Source: Camelus ferus
Lineage: Eukaryota
DNA: 64,000 nucleotides
Assembly: GCF_009834535.1 (NCBI RefSeq)
Contig: NC_045696.1
Span: 117,306,001-117,370,000, forward strand
Direction of reading: 5' to 3'
The translations under genes were made by a program, and so were the position numbers. The notes beneath the pieces were generated by a model, which was not told the DNA's origin, made no database searches, and was given only the letters and a program-made list of their open reading frames with translations. Below are positions 51,020 to 64,000 of the stretch, piece by piece; within the stretch, counting starts at the first letter, position 1; each line of letters begins with the position of its first letter.

Positions 51020-51680
51020 GGCAATCAATCATGTAATCAATCCTGTCAAATAACGGGGAGTGGCAGAAAGTTCTCTAAAAGAAACAAAAATGAAGGTTAA
51101 TAAAGAATGCAAGGGGGCAGGATATACTTGAAACACAGTGGTCAGTGAGGGACGGAAGCTGAGACTTAAAGGAACAAGGATCTGGCTGTGCAAAGACCGG
51201 TTACAGCAGAGGAGAGGACAGATGCGAAGATGCCTGGGGTGGGAAGGAGCTTGGTGTGTTCCTGTAGCTAATTATAGCTGCAGCATAAACGAGGGGTGAG
51301 GAAAGGGGTAACGTATGAGGTTGGAGATGAATTCAAGAGTCAGATCACGCAATGCCTTGTAGGCTAGGCTTAAAGGTTTGTATTTGGAGAAGACATTGTG
51401 AGCTTTTAGGAAGGGACTAAAATGGTTGAATTTCCATGTTTTAAGAAAGTCACTTTTGCTGCTATGTGGAGGAAGCCGGTATGGGAAGAGTCAGAGCAGA
51501 GAAACCAGCTGGGAGGCTGTTGAGGTATTTCAGGGAAGAGAAAATGGCTCCAAATAAGGTAGTGACCACAGAGCTGGAGGTCAAAGTCCAGTTCTCATGT
51601 GTCTTTGGAGACAGAATCAGTGACCTGAACATGGGAAGTTAGGGGGAAAAAAATTCTGGATAATAGCTAGGTTTCTGGAT
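51020..51680 (-). mobile_element. L2 fragment
   Basis: Purine-rich L2-type text: gagcttggtgtgttc...cagatcacgc..ccttgtaggc...gggaggctgttg. Confidence 0.65.
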
Positions 51681-54600
51681 GCAGTCATCGAATGTATCAT
51701 AACTTTTGCTACAAGGGAGAAGTGGAAACCAGATACTGTGGTAACAGTGGGTCACATTCAGTTTGCAGTGTCAGTGGGTCATCAGATAGCAGGGCTTTGA
51801 TTCAAGCTGTTAACATACCTCAAGAGTTGCAACAAACTAATTTGCAAACATTTCAAGTAAAACTGGTATTAAACCTACCGGGACATTTGGAGTGCAGAAA
51901 CATTAGGCTGATTTTTGTATTTATTATTTTTTTTTGGTATGTTTTTCCCCCCTTTATTTCTTAAAAATAACCAAATGTTTCAAACCTACAGAAAAGTACA
52001 GGAATAAAAACTTAGGCGACACCTGGATATCCACCATCCAGATTTAACAAATGTTAACATTTTACTATATTTGCTTCAGATCTTTTTCTTTTTTAAATAA
52101 ACAACACAGTACACACAGCTCCACACCCCCCCATCCCCTTCCTCTTAACTGTATGATACCATTTATATAAAATTCTAAAACATTCAAAACAATTCCATGT
52201 ATTTTTATGGACTGCTGCATATGTAGCAAAACTATAAAAACAAGCATGTGAGGACACGCCAACAGCAGAACATATTTTTTTATTTTTCTCATTTACATTA
52301 CATGTAACTCAATCCCCACACACCAGGGCTTCCAAGAAATCACATCTCCATCCTTTTGGAGAGTGGTTTTCCCCCTCCATTGAAATCTTACAAGAAACCT
52401 ACTACGGTAACTTAGTGACATTGGATGGAACCTCTTGCTTTCAAGTTACTGGGCTCACGTGTAAGATGATCATTGTCTGAATCTACATAGACCTCTTGAA
52501 AGCAGTAAGACTGAATCTTTCCGTCCTCCACTCCCTTATGCCAAATAAGCCTCTGGACCCTTGTATCACAGCTCCCAGTGCTACCGACACTTCATGTCCA
52601 GCCCCAGCATCCACATCGTCCCCTCATTAGAAGTCTCAGAATCTGGGAACAAAGCAAAAGATCTTCCCTACCCTCCCCCAACCTCCCAGTTGCAGGAAAT
52701 TTAATGCTTCTTGTAGTTAGACCTCTTCTCTGCTCCCTCAATATTCTAAGCCTCCAGCTTTGGAGCAATAGCGTTCCCAGCCCCTACTTTAACATAAGAA
52801 AGACCTCTTAAGGTTCCCCATATTAAAGGAAGCCAGCATTGGACAATAAAGCTCTCTGTCAACCCTCAAGGGAAAACAAAAATATCTCACCTTCCTCCCC
52901 AAGTGAGCTTGCAGCCAAGTTAGTGAGACATGGCGCATTTCTCAGCCCTTCAGATGGTTTCTCTCCTGGGCCTGCTGCCCACACCCTGCCAAGGCATTCG
53001 CCCGGGCTGGTCCCAGTAGTGACTTCCGGGGCCTGGGCTGTCTTCTCTGCCCCCCATGTTTTTGCCCTCTGGAGACATGGCGTCCCCACGCTGGACCCTG
53101 GCATCTTGCACCTCATTTTCAGCACGCAGCCTCCCCTGCATTCTCGCTGTCTTCACACTCCAGCCATTTCCCCTTCTCCTTAGAAAGATATCCTTTCTGT
53201 TCTTCATTCTCCTGCCATTCATTTCCTGGGTGAAGCCCCCAGTCGACATGATGAATGAAAGGGGGTTTCTCCCAACACACCTGGATTAGGAAAAGGAAAG
53301 CAAAATGCATTTTGAAGTATTAAACTTCTTGCCTATTCATCCTTCACCAAAAGACACAGGAAAAAAAAATGTGCTAACTCCTTCATGCTGGTGACAGAAT
53401 CAAGAAATCTGTCTCCAAATTCCTGCTAAAGGTGTTGACACCTATATCCTCGTGCCCTTCCTAATTAAATCTGCTTTACTCATTAACAGCCAAGCAAAAG
53501 AACGTGGCTTCTTCCTTAATTTCACTATGAAAATATATCTATTTTTATCAAAAAGCTTAATTTCCACTTATTTCATGGAAAAGCTGTATCGCAGGACTTA
53601 ATGGAATAATTTGGGGGACATACCCACCACTCACAGCTTTATTTCTCTGACACAATCAGTTTCCAGTTTCCACTTAGAAAGAAACTTTAGCAATATAACC
53701 TGTTGGTGACTCCGTATACACAAAGTCAAGTGACAAAAACAAAACATTCATACTCCCCGTATGGAAATACTTAATAGGCCATCATAGGCATGCAATAAAT
53801 ATTTAAGGTTTCTGGAAATATTTCATTTATTGCAGCATAACTGTTTTATTTCAATCATTAGAGAATTTTGTACGTGACGTTCTTCCCTGTAACTTTTTAA
53901 CTTACAAGGAAATATTTATTGAATACATATTTAAGGCTCCCAGAACTTAGTAAATAAGATAGGCAAAACCCCAGTGTTTTATAGACTACTTTTTTTCCCC
54001 CTTCCTTTCTTATTTTTATTGTCCAGAGTATTTAGTTCCTCTTAGACTGGGTTCCAGAAAAGAAGTTCTTCACTCCTAATATTTCTACATTTTTAAAAGC
54101 TTTTAAAAAATAATATAAATTCATTTTCATATCTCTCATGCCCAGCATCTGCAAGGCCCACAATAGGCATGCAATAAATATTTGACAATGGAAAATTATC
54201 TGTCTAGAATCCTTTTAGATATAGCACTGCCTAAGGGGGAAAAGAGAGAACTCACAATCGCTTCGAATCCTGAGATTGTGTTTTCTCAGCAGCACGGCGG
54301 TATTCCACGTTGCCTTTTTCCCACACTCTCGCCACCCCAAATCCCTAAAAGGCTGAATTCAGGAAGGCAGGACTGGACAAATCAAATGCCTCATTAAGAA
54401 GGCCTGAAGAAATATGCCTAAAGATGAAATTATAGCTCTTAGACCAGCACTCAAAAGCCTGGAAGAAAAGAAAAGGGAGGAGGAGGGGCTGGGGGGGCAA
54501 ATTATGCGATTTGACCGTGGTTACTTATCCAGCAAATGTTTCTGAAAGCTACTAACTACTAATTGTGGCGAAGGTTTTTAAGCCGGGAACCGGTGACTCG

Positions 54601-55789
54601 CTCGCTCTTTTCCCCGACGCTCTGTAATTCATGTGCAGTTTAGAGATGGCACTGGGTCTTAAATACAATAATATCTTAGAGAAATTTGAATGCTCTAAGT
54701 TAACAGGTATGCCAATTTGGAACCTTAAGAGAGATGCAACTCCAGAGATTTCCAATAATTTAATAAGGCGTAACCATTTTTCTCAAGTTCTGTGGTATTT
54801 TTTTCATCAGCCTAAAAGGCTCGACCATGCGGCCTAATTCAAGGCTGCAGGCAGGAGAAATTACTGACTTCATTATGCCTGCCTGGCGCGCTCCAGTAAA
54901 AGCATTCGGCACCAGGAGTTCTCATCCTGGGAGGCTCTGTAGAAAGCTTTTGCCCCGACAGATCTCCTTCGGCTTCTTGTGAAAAACGGCTGAGGGAAGG
55001 AGACTGTGTTCTATTGTGTGCCAGGCTCAGAGGTCTGTGTCCCGCTCTTTGCCTTAGAAACGGCCCACACCTGAGTCATAATGGCCCTTGGGCCACTGAA
55101 CACCAGTCGGGGTTTGCTGAAGAGAGACTGATGTTTATTACTATTGCTGTGAATGCTATTACTGCTATTGCTGCTGTTATCCATTGCTTATTGGAAATAA
55201 GCGTTCTGTGCTCTTTCGAAATATTCCACTGCTTTCCCCACGGTGTGGAAGGGCCAGTCGCTTATCTGCAAGGGAACAAAGAGGAACGACGCCATCGCTT
55301 TTCCCTGAATTCTTTTGGTGCAGCTGGACTTGTGGTTTTATTTGCCAGGACAGATAAGAAAGCAGGAAAGGATGGTGGGTTAGCTAGAGGGAAGATGGCA
55401 TCTCGGAGAGTGCAAGCCCCTAAATGTCAGTGGTTCAGCGTGATGCAAGCTTATTTCTCACTCATCCAAAGGCTAAGCTGGGCATTACCCATGGGCAGAC
55501 AGCGTCCTGCCAAGCACTAACCAAGGGACACGGGTGTCTTTCATTTTGAGGCCACCAAGTTCATGCTGGTGGTTGACTCCCTTCCAGCGAGGTGGGTGGG
55601 GGAAGGACCACCCATGGGAGGTCCCAAAGCAGCACACAGTATTGTACTTGCATTCCATTAGTCATCCTGAACAGCAAGGGAGTCTAGCAAATGCAGCCTA
55701 ATGATCACTGAAGACAGGTTTGGAACAGCAGCAACCCAACTTCAGAGACTTCTTTATCAAGTATCAAGATGTTAGGTCACAGAGTAAGG

Positions 55790-56225
55790 GCGCTCACCTT
55801 CCTGCGAAATCTAAAAGCAATGAGCTCATAGAAACTTCAGTAGAAAATCTCAGTAGAAAATTCTACTCATAGAGAGTAGAGTGGTGGTTGCCAGAGGTTG
55901 GAGGTGGGGGAAGTGAGGAGATGTTGTCAAGGGAACAAACTTTCAGTTATAAGATGAATAAGTTCTGGGAGCCTGGTGTGCAACATGGGAACTAGAGTTA
56001 ATGACACCATATTGCATATTTGAAAGTTGCCGTGACAGGAGAGCTTTAATGTCCTCACCGTAACAACAGTAACAACAAATGGTAACTATGTAAGGCAGAG
56101 GATGGGCTCACTAACCTTACTAACTGTGGTAAACATTTTGTGACATGTAGATGTATCAAATCATCACACTGTACATCTTAAATTTACACAATGTTATATG
56201 TTTAGTCATATCTCAATCAGTTTGG
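55790..56225 (+). mobile_element. L1M-type 3' end
   Basis: agtagagtggtggttgccagagg...tatcaaatcatcacactgtacatcttaaatttacacaat. Confidence 0.85.
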
Positions 56226-57369
56226 GGAGGGGGGAAGCACATGGAAAGTTCTAGGTAAACTTCCATCAGAAAGTGAAATTTGTGTGGATAAATAACACAA
56301 TGGAAACAAATCTAACAGCAAGTTGGATATACACCTATATTTCCCTAGTTCTTTATTATAGTTTCAGGAAAGTCAATATGAACTCTCCTAAAGCTAAGTT
56401 CCTCTTGAAGCAACTTTTATTTTTCTAGAAGGGAACGGTACATGCTGGACACAGAGCAGTCACTCAGATGCCAATGTCTTTTATCTGAGATAAATCTCCA
56501 ATACCCGATCTGAGTGGACATCTGGCTCCCTGGGTTCTGCTTGCTCTAGTGGGAGGTAGGGAGGTCAGCGCTTCCAAATACAGAATTTCATCCCATTTCC
56601 TTCTGTTTTTAGCCCCACACACTCCTTTCTGTAGCCATATGGATGTATCTCAGCTTGTAGTGCACGTCACCTCTCCTCTTTTCTGTATTTCTCTTTGCAA
56701 AAACTAGCCTGTGCCTCCCCCTACTTTATCAATTCCCACTTCTCCATATGCTTTCCATTTCCAGAATTTTTATTAAAATCTCTTAACTGAAAATGTCTCC
56801 TTCTCCTTCGTCTTTGCGGATTTAGACAATATTCTTAATTTCTTGAGAGGCTTTTAAATATATAGATTCCTTGGCTTAATAATTGAAAATTCTAATAAAG
56901 TAAATCTGGGTTGGAACTCAGGTTTATCTTACATTATGAAAAAAAATTAAATATACCAAAAAAAGAAAAAGAATACAACAAACCCCCATGTAGCCATCAC
57001 CCAGATTTAATAATTATCAAGATTTGAGATATTTTTCCCCTTGCTGAAGTATTTTAAGGCAATCCCAGATAATATGTCATTTTGTCTTTAATAGTCCAAT
57101 ATGTATCACTAAAAATTAAAGCACTTACTTATGTAGCCATAATACATAAAATTAACCATATTTCTCTGGAATCATCTAATGTTCAAATCCATAATCTAAT
57201 TTTCATGATCATTTCAAAATGTATTCAGAATTTTTCAAAACATAAAAAAGAAAGAAAATTTTCTACTTTTTTTTTTTTACAAAGCAAATACCACATGGAT
57301 ACCAAAGGTGATGAGGATTGCCCAGTAAAAGAAGATTCATAGATCAATTTCACGTATGAATATCAGCTG

Positions 57370-60310
57370 ACAAAGAATGCCATGCAAAGAGCAACCATTA
57401 AGAACACTGAAGTGATTATACTAATGATCAGATAAAACAGACTGTAATGCAAAAATATTATTATAAAGAAGAGCATTTTATAGTAATAAAAGAGTGAATT
57501 CATTGGGAAGATAAAACCATTTTAAACATACAGGCACTTAAAAACAGAGCCCCAAGATGCATGAAACAAAAACTGACAGAATTGAAAGGAGAAATAGGCA
57601 AGTTAACAACAATAGCTGGAGACTTCAATACCCACTTCCAATAATGGATAGATCAACTAGGCAGAAAATCAACAAGAAAGCAGATGTCTTGAACTACTGT
57701 AATGCAAATATCTAACCAACATCTATAGATCACTTCACCCAATAACAGCAAAATTATGTTATTCTTAGGTGCACAAGGAACATTCTCCAAGATAGACCAT
57801 ATTCTAGGCCATAAAACAGCCTCAATAAGTTTAAAATGATTTAAAGCATATAAGTGTTTTCCCCAACCATGATGAAATGAGCAACAGAAATGAATTAATA
57901 ACAGAAAATGTGGGAAATTCACACATATGTGGAAATGAAAACACAAACTTCTTAAAAAATGGATCAGGAAAGAAGTCACAAGGAAAATTTAAAAATATTT
58001 TGAATGAATGAAAATTAAGATACAGTATAACAAAACTTATGAAATGCAGCTATGCAGTACATAGAGGGAAATTGATAGTGAAAATATCACATTAAAATGA
58101 AGAGAGATTCAAATAAATAACAAAATCTTCCATTTTAAGATACTAGAAAAAAGAAAACCACACCTAAAGCAAGCAAAAGAAAGGAAATAAAGATTAGAGT
58201 GGAAATTAATGAAATAAAGATTAGAAAAACAATTGAGAAAATCAGTGAAAAAAAAATCAGTTCTTTGAAAAGATCAGTAAAATTAACCTTTAGCTAAACT
58301 GTCCAAGAGAAAAAGAGTGATGATTAAAATGACTAAAAACAGAAATGAAAGAGGAGCATCTCTACTACCCTTACAGAAATTCCTCAAAAACTAGAAACTA
58401 CTGACATTGATTCAAGAAGAAGCAGAAAATCTGAACAGATCAATAACAAGTAAAGAGATGGAATTAGTAATCTAAAATTTTCCCACAAATTAAAGCACCA
58501 GCCCTGATTCCTTCACTGGTGAATTGCACTAAATGTTTGAAGAAAAATTTGACAGTAGTATTCTACTCATGTAATTTTTTCTGAATTTGATAACAGCAAT
58601 AAGATTATGTAAGAGGATGTTCTTGTTCTTGAGAAATATTCACTGAAGTGTTTAAGGGTAAAGGAATATAATGTAACACCACAAAATGGTTCTGAAAAAA
58701 ATGTGCATGTATGTGTATGTGTGACTGGGTATGTGTGGATGTGCACACACACACGCACAGATGTGTGTAGAGAGAAAGAGAATGACAATAAATGTGCCAA
58801 ATCATAACAATCAGAGATGCTGAATTACGGGTATAAAGAAGTTTATGGGGGTTTTTACATTTTTCTTACAATATTGTAACATACGTTTGAAATTATTTAC
58901 TAATAAAAGTTTTTTAAAAAATAATAATACATTATGACCAAGTCACAGCCATCCCAGGAATACAAGAATTATTGACTATTAGGAAATCCATAATCTATAA
59001 ATCTATATATAATATATTACATTAATAGAATTAAGGGGAAATTTATATGATCATTATCATAGATGTGAAAAGGCATTGAACAAAATTCAACAATCTTGAG
59101 AAAACACTCCCTGAAAAAAAAAATTAGAGGATTTTTTTGACACAATAAAAGAGCAATATAGGCTACCAGTCCTACCAGATATTAAAACCTAAAAATAAAT
59201 ATTTACAAAACCTTCAACAGTTAAAATAGTGTAGTAAATGTTGTTGCATAAATGGATTCAGAGACCAATAAAGAAAAGGCACAAATGATTATGGGAATGA
59301 AGTGCTTTATAAAAATGGACAACGTATATCAGTACAGGAAAGACGGAATTTTTAACAAATAGTCTTGAGTCAACTGGATAGTCATTTTGAAGAAAAGAAA
59401 ATATGAAATTAGATGTCTAGCTTATACAAACATCATGGATACATTTACAGCAGAGTGCTAAATATAAACATTGAAACTCTATCAATACTGAAAAAGAATT
59501 CTATAATGTGAGCCTGGGGAATTTCCTCCTAACTATGACTCAAAATCTCCAAGTAAGTAAAGATGGATAAATGTTATTACATTAAAAATATTAAAGGCAA
59601 AACCGGCAGATCTAAAAAACAAAAACCACCAGAAAATGTATATCACAGAGGACCAGTATCTCTAACATACAAAGGACTCTGAAAATCTGAGAGGCAGAAG
59701 GAACAATCTAATAGATAAATGAGGAAAAGACTTGACCAGGCAACTCACAGATTAAGACATAAAAATATTTCCTTTAATGTATGAAAAGATACTCAATCTT
59801 ATACCTAGTCAGGGAAATAAAAATACTACTACATGAGCTTCTCCTTACCTACCAGACTGGCAAAAATCACAGTTGAACTTACACTCTACTGGCAAAACTC
59901 TGTATAAATAGGTAGCTTCTTACCTTACTGATGGGAATGTGAATCAGTAAAAGGGCAATGGAGGAAATTTTGTTCCTAACTAGTAAAATTACATATGTGC
60001 TATCTTTCCACTTCTAAAAATCTCGCCCTAAATTAACCTGGCAAAAAAACAAAAACAAAAGCCAAAGAAACCTATTTATGTACAAAGCCATTCCTTATAG
60101 AAATTTTAAAAATATCCAAAGGGTATAAGCAATTCAAATACCCATTTTTAGGAGATGCCCACACAATGGAGTACTAGGCAGTCATAGAAGGAAAAGTCAC
60201 TGCCTGCTGAAAGGGAGCAATCTTCAGGATATATTTTTAAGGTTAAAAAACAAGGTCCAGAACATTAAATATGCCATTGTTTAGGTAAGAAACAGGGATA
60301 TATGAATACA
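57370..60310 (+). mobile_element. Nested cluster of old L1 fragments (ORF2 endonuclease/linker, then more degraded ORF2/3' pieces)
   Basis: gctggagacttcaatacccac (GDFNT) and ttctccaagatagaccatattctaggccataaa (FSKIDHILGHK); an L1 3'UTR-like insert at about 58580-58920. Confidence 0.85.
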
Positions 60311-60409
60311 TGCAAATCTAATAAATTGAAGGAGAACTGACATCTTTATCATGCTAAAAGAAGGTAAAGTGTGACTTACAGTCAAACTGAGGAATGTGAA
60401 CATAGGAGT

Positions 60410-60765
60410 TTGTATTAGGGTTCTCTAGAGAAACAGAATCAAAAGGATATAGAAATAGATATAGATATATCAAGAGAGATTTATTTTAAGGAATTGACTC
60501 ATGTGATTGTAAAGGTTGTCAAGTCCAAAAATCTGCAGGGTAGGCTGGCAGACTGGAGACTCAGGGAAGAAAACTGACGTTGCAGTTGGAGTCCAAAGGC
60601 AGTTTGTTGGCAGAATTCCTGGTGTATTTTCTTAAGACCTTCAACTGATTGGATGAGGCCCATACTCATTAGGGAAGGTAATCTTCTTTACTCAAAGTCT
60701 ACTGATTTAAATGTTAATCCCACCTAAAAATACCTTCACGATGGACTCGCCAAGTTGACACTTAA
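60410..60765. mobile_element. MLT2-type (ERVL) solo LTR
   Basis: tgtattagggttctctagagaaacagaa...ggctggcagactggagactcaggg...actgattggatgaggcc. Confidence 0.8.
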
Positions 60766-62180
60766 AACCAACTCAGTGCTTATCCCTGCTCCTTCCAGAT
60801 ACCAAGTACAATGAAAGTAAAGGAAGAAATAATTACATGTGATGGGTGCCAAACTGGGTGAGTTGCTAAGAGGACGTGTGACAGGGGAATGGCTGCTTTG
60901 GGAATAAAGGAAAGCAACCAAAAACAAAGAGTTTGTAGAGAGAGGTAAGCATGAGTAGGACTTCATTAAGCAAATGGAAGGAGAAAGAGGAAATTAGGGA
61001 AGCGGCAACTTCTACTATTTCTCCCCAGCCTGTGGGACCAAGACAGGACATTAATTTAGGGAAATGACATCAATATAACACAGTTTTGTTTTGTTTGTTT
61101 GTTTGTTCTTAAGAACAATGAGGAAGAATTCCCCTTACTCAGTTGCCTAGAGAACCTAAAATTCTTCTTCTGAGCCTACACACAAGAATTAGCCCCCTGG
61201 TCTTCAGTAGACCAGCAGAAAACAAGCATGGATGCTCAGTGTCTTTCCCAGTGACTATCCTTCTTGCCAGCCCATGGGTATCCTTGATGGCTTCCTCTCG
61301 ACTTGCCTGAGCAATCATTTGAGTTTCTGCTCCTCTCTGGTTCTTCCCATAAACTAGTGCCACTGGCATCCTACCTTCCACCAGCACAACCTTCATTGCT
61401 ATTTCACTGGCCACCTTTGATCAGGCTCACAGACTTGACTTCTGAGAGCTCCGTATAAAACTTGAGATTCTTGGTAGTATCCCAAACTCCTGCTCACCCT
61501 GTTTTTCCCTTTAAACAGGGCTGGATGTTTCTAGAAATGGAGACAGGAGTGTGGTGTACTGTCTGCAAATGACAAACTTTAACCTCTTACAGAATCTCAA
61601 ACGACTCCTCAGAAAATGCTACAATATAATATGAAAGATAAGAGGTGTAACATTCTAGTTCTTACTAACTGTAGGATCATCTGAAGTGTTACCACAGCAT
61701 TGTCCTAATCATCTCTGTATCAGTGACTGTTATGAACTAGGTCCTCTAGTACATATTTTACTTGAGAGAACAGACTTCAGTTTCTCATTAATTTAGGGAT
61801 ATGTGACTTCGATCTTCACCAGGAAGCTCTCCTGGGCACCTGGGAGTAAATATTAATGTTAACCAAGAAACTCCAAAATTTCAATTTCATATGACTGTTA
61901 TGAATGAAAAGCAACTATTACTATAAATGATTGGTGAATCTATCAGAAGTACTTTAATATTTGGATAAGAGCCATTACATCACTTTTTTCCTGCCCCACC
62001 TTAATGGCTATTTCATGTATTGTATAGTTATTATTTTTGTTAGATTTTCATCTTGCGTAAAATCCATTGCCAATAATACAACTTGTATGTTTTATTATCA
62101 TTTTGATAAATAAAACTTTGGGTTTTAGTAGCAGAGTGGTTAATACTATTCAGCAACATTATAATAATTTTTAACTATGA

Positions 62181-62316
62181 TATGATAACTCACAGAGAAA
62201 AAAATGTGACAATGAGTGTGTATATGTCCATGAATAACTGAAAAATTGTGCTGAACACTGGAATTTGACACAACATTGTAAAATGATTATAAATCAATAA
62301 AAAATGTTAAAAAAAA
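62181..62316 (+). mobile_element. Short L1 3' end with poly-A tail and TSD
   Basis: aataaa and an A tail; TSD aactatga at 62173-62180 and 62317-62324. Confidence 0.7.
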
Positions 62317-64000
62317 AACTATGAACTTGCTAGTTTTATTTGCATTTTTAGGACACACAAGGAAAATTGACTCTAAAAGTGCTGTACATTATTTACTTAA
62401 AGTTTACTGTCAATGATCAATATAAAGCAGAATATAGAATATTGGTGAATACAGAAATGTTATGGGCATAAGTGGTCTCTCTCTCCTTTTTTTTTTTTTT
62501 TTTTTGTGGTCTTTGTCACCATAAGACTCAACATCTGTAGCAGAGAAATACATGGAATATGTCACCTCAAAATTTGTGGACCACTCTCCTATATAGCATA
62601 CCTGCCCACCCAGCACTGTCCTTAGCTTGGGTAAATCTTACCTGAAGAGGAGTCACTGAAGGCTTTAGAGGTTAATTGATCTAATTACTCAAGCCCACTG
62701 CCTTGCCATTGCTTGGAGCTTTGAAGGATCTGAGTTGTCCAAACATTCTGCCTGCACTGGAACTCACTGCCCTCTTCAGAGCAGCCTTGAGCTGGTGTGG
62801 ACATACTATCTTGGCCCCTCAGGTCCACACACCCTATTCTGTGTCCCAGGAGGCTGACCTATGCAGGCTGCACTGACTGGGTCCCTTGTTTTCTGGCTTT
62901 CAGTTCAGTTTGACCAATAGGAACACCACTGGGAGGCTGGAGTCCCTTGGCTCCATCCTTATCGAGTCAATACAATTTTGTTTCACCTCCTTGGAAAAGT
63001 CACAGTCTTTCTCATGCAGACCTTTCTACAGCCACACAAGCTCTCTCTGGGTTCTAGTAACCATTCCCTCCACTTGTCCCTTAAGATCTAAGTATAGCCG
63101 TGGCTCGCTGGTAATGCTAGCTCTTAGGCAGTCCATCCCGTACTGATTTCCTTTAACCTTGTCCACACCACAGTAAAGAGCTCCTTTATCAAATGCTTCT
63201 CAGTTACTCTGCTTGAGTGTGCTATTTCTGTCTTGCTCAGATCCTGACTGAAACACTGCTGTTCCTGTCACTCAGAGGACTTAGCCTTGGGTCCAATCCC
63301 GGGAAGGCCAGTGTTCACTATTGATCCAGTACATGATGTCCGCTTCCCCCCAGCAACCTGGGCTTTATAATACAAATTATTGACTTTGCATGTTATCATT
63401 TTAGCAGTATGTATTTGTAGAAGTTCTGAAGCCATGGCTGCCTGTAGATCATGATTATGAACAGATCATGACAGCTTCTTGAATGTCATTTATGATTCTC
63501 TATCCCATGCTTGCAAATTTCTCTTATGTTGTTTTTGGCCCAAAGAAGCATCCCAGTCACCAATCTCCATTTTCTCTGCTTTTACCTCTCACCACCTTGT
63601 CAGCCCCTCACCGAAAGAAAAGATGTACTTACCAAGGTAACAGTGATGTCCAAAATTGAAGAGATTTTAGGCAGCCAATTAATATTTACTGCCCATGCTT
63701 GGCTAGATTTCTCATGATAATTTAGCACCACATATGGTAGTTATGAATAAGCATCGATAAGAGAAGTTTTCTAATCTTTTCCACATGCCCCAGAAAAGGA
63801 AGCTTTTTTTTTTTAAACTTGAGAGAGTCAATTAAGTTGAATGAGTCAATAAATATGAATAGTTCCAAACGTGGTCCAAAACACTAACCGGATAGAAATT
63901 TGGAGTTGGGGATTTTCTTTGTTGCAAAGTGATAGAGAAGTAATTGTTAGTATTATTCTATTACTGTCCTCGTTGTCCTTTAGACATCCAAAGGGTTTTT

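Noticed and set aside
55014..55520. 168-aa ORF with a hydrophobic ITIAVNAITAIAAV stretch
   Set aside because: The hydrophobic run comes from a degenerate (actatt/gct) simple repeat, the start is non-ATG, and the 3' part overlaps LTR-like sequence.

Overview
Mammalian genomic DNA, most likely camelid, judged from tRNA-derived SINEs of the alpaca/camel type and matching L1 3' ends. I find no intact protein-coding gene; the listed ORFs are mostly chance or repeat-derived. Most of the window is old and young transposons (L2, MIR, MER5/20/58, MLT, L1, SINEs) separated by unique, enhancer-like blocks. The notable signal is on the minus strand at about 16623-7249: an ordered series of decayed, splice-site-bounded exons. 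Read 5'->3' they translate as a TNFR-type cysteine-rich region, a death-domain-like helical region, a TGF-beta-family prodomain, a basic cleavage site (KKKR) and a TGF-beta cystine-knot mature domain. I interpret this as an intron-containing pseudogene of an unusual osteoprotegerin-like/TGF-beta chimeric secreted protein. All domain assignments are by-eye translations compared with family motifs recalled from memory, with no searches run. The TGF-beta part is best supported and the TNFR part is weakest.
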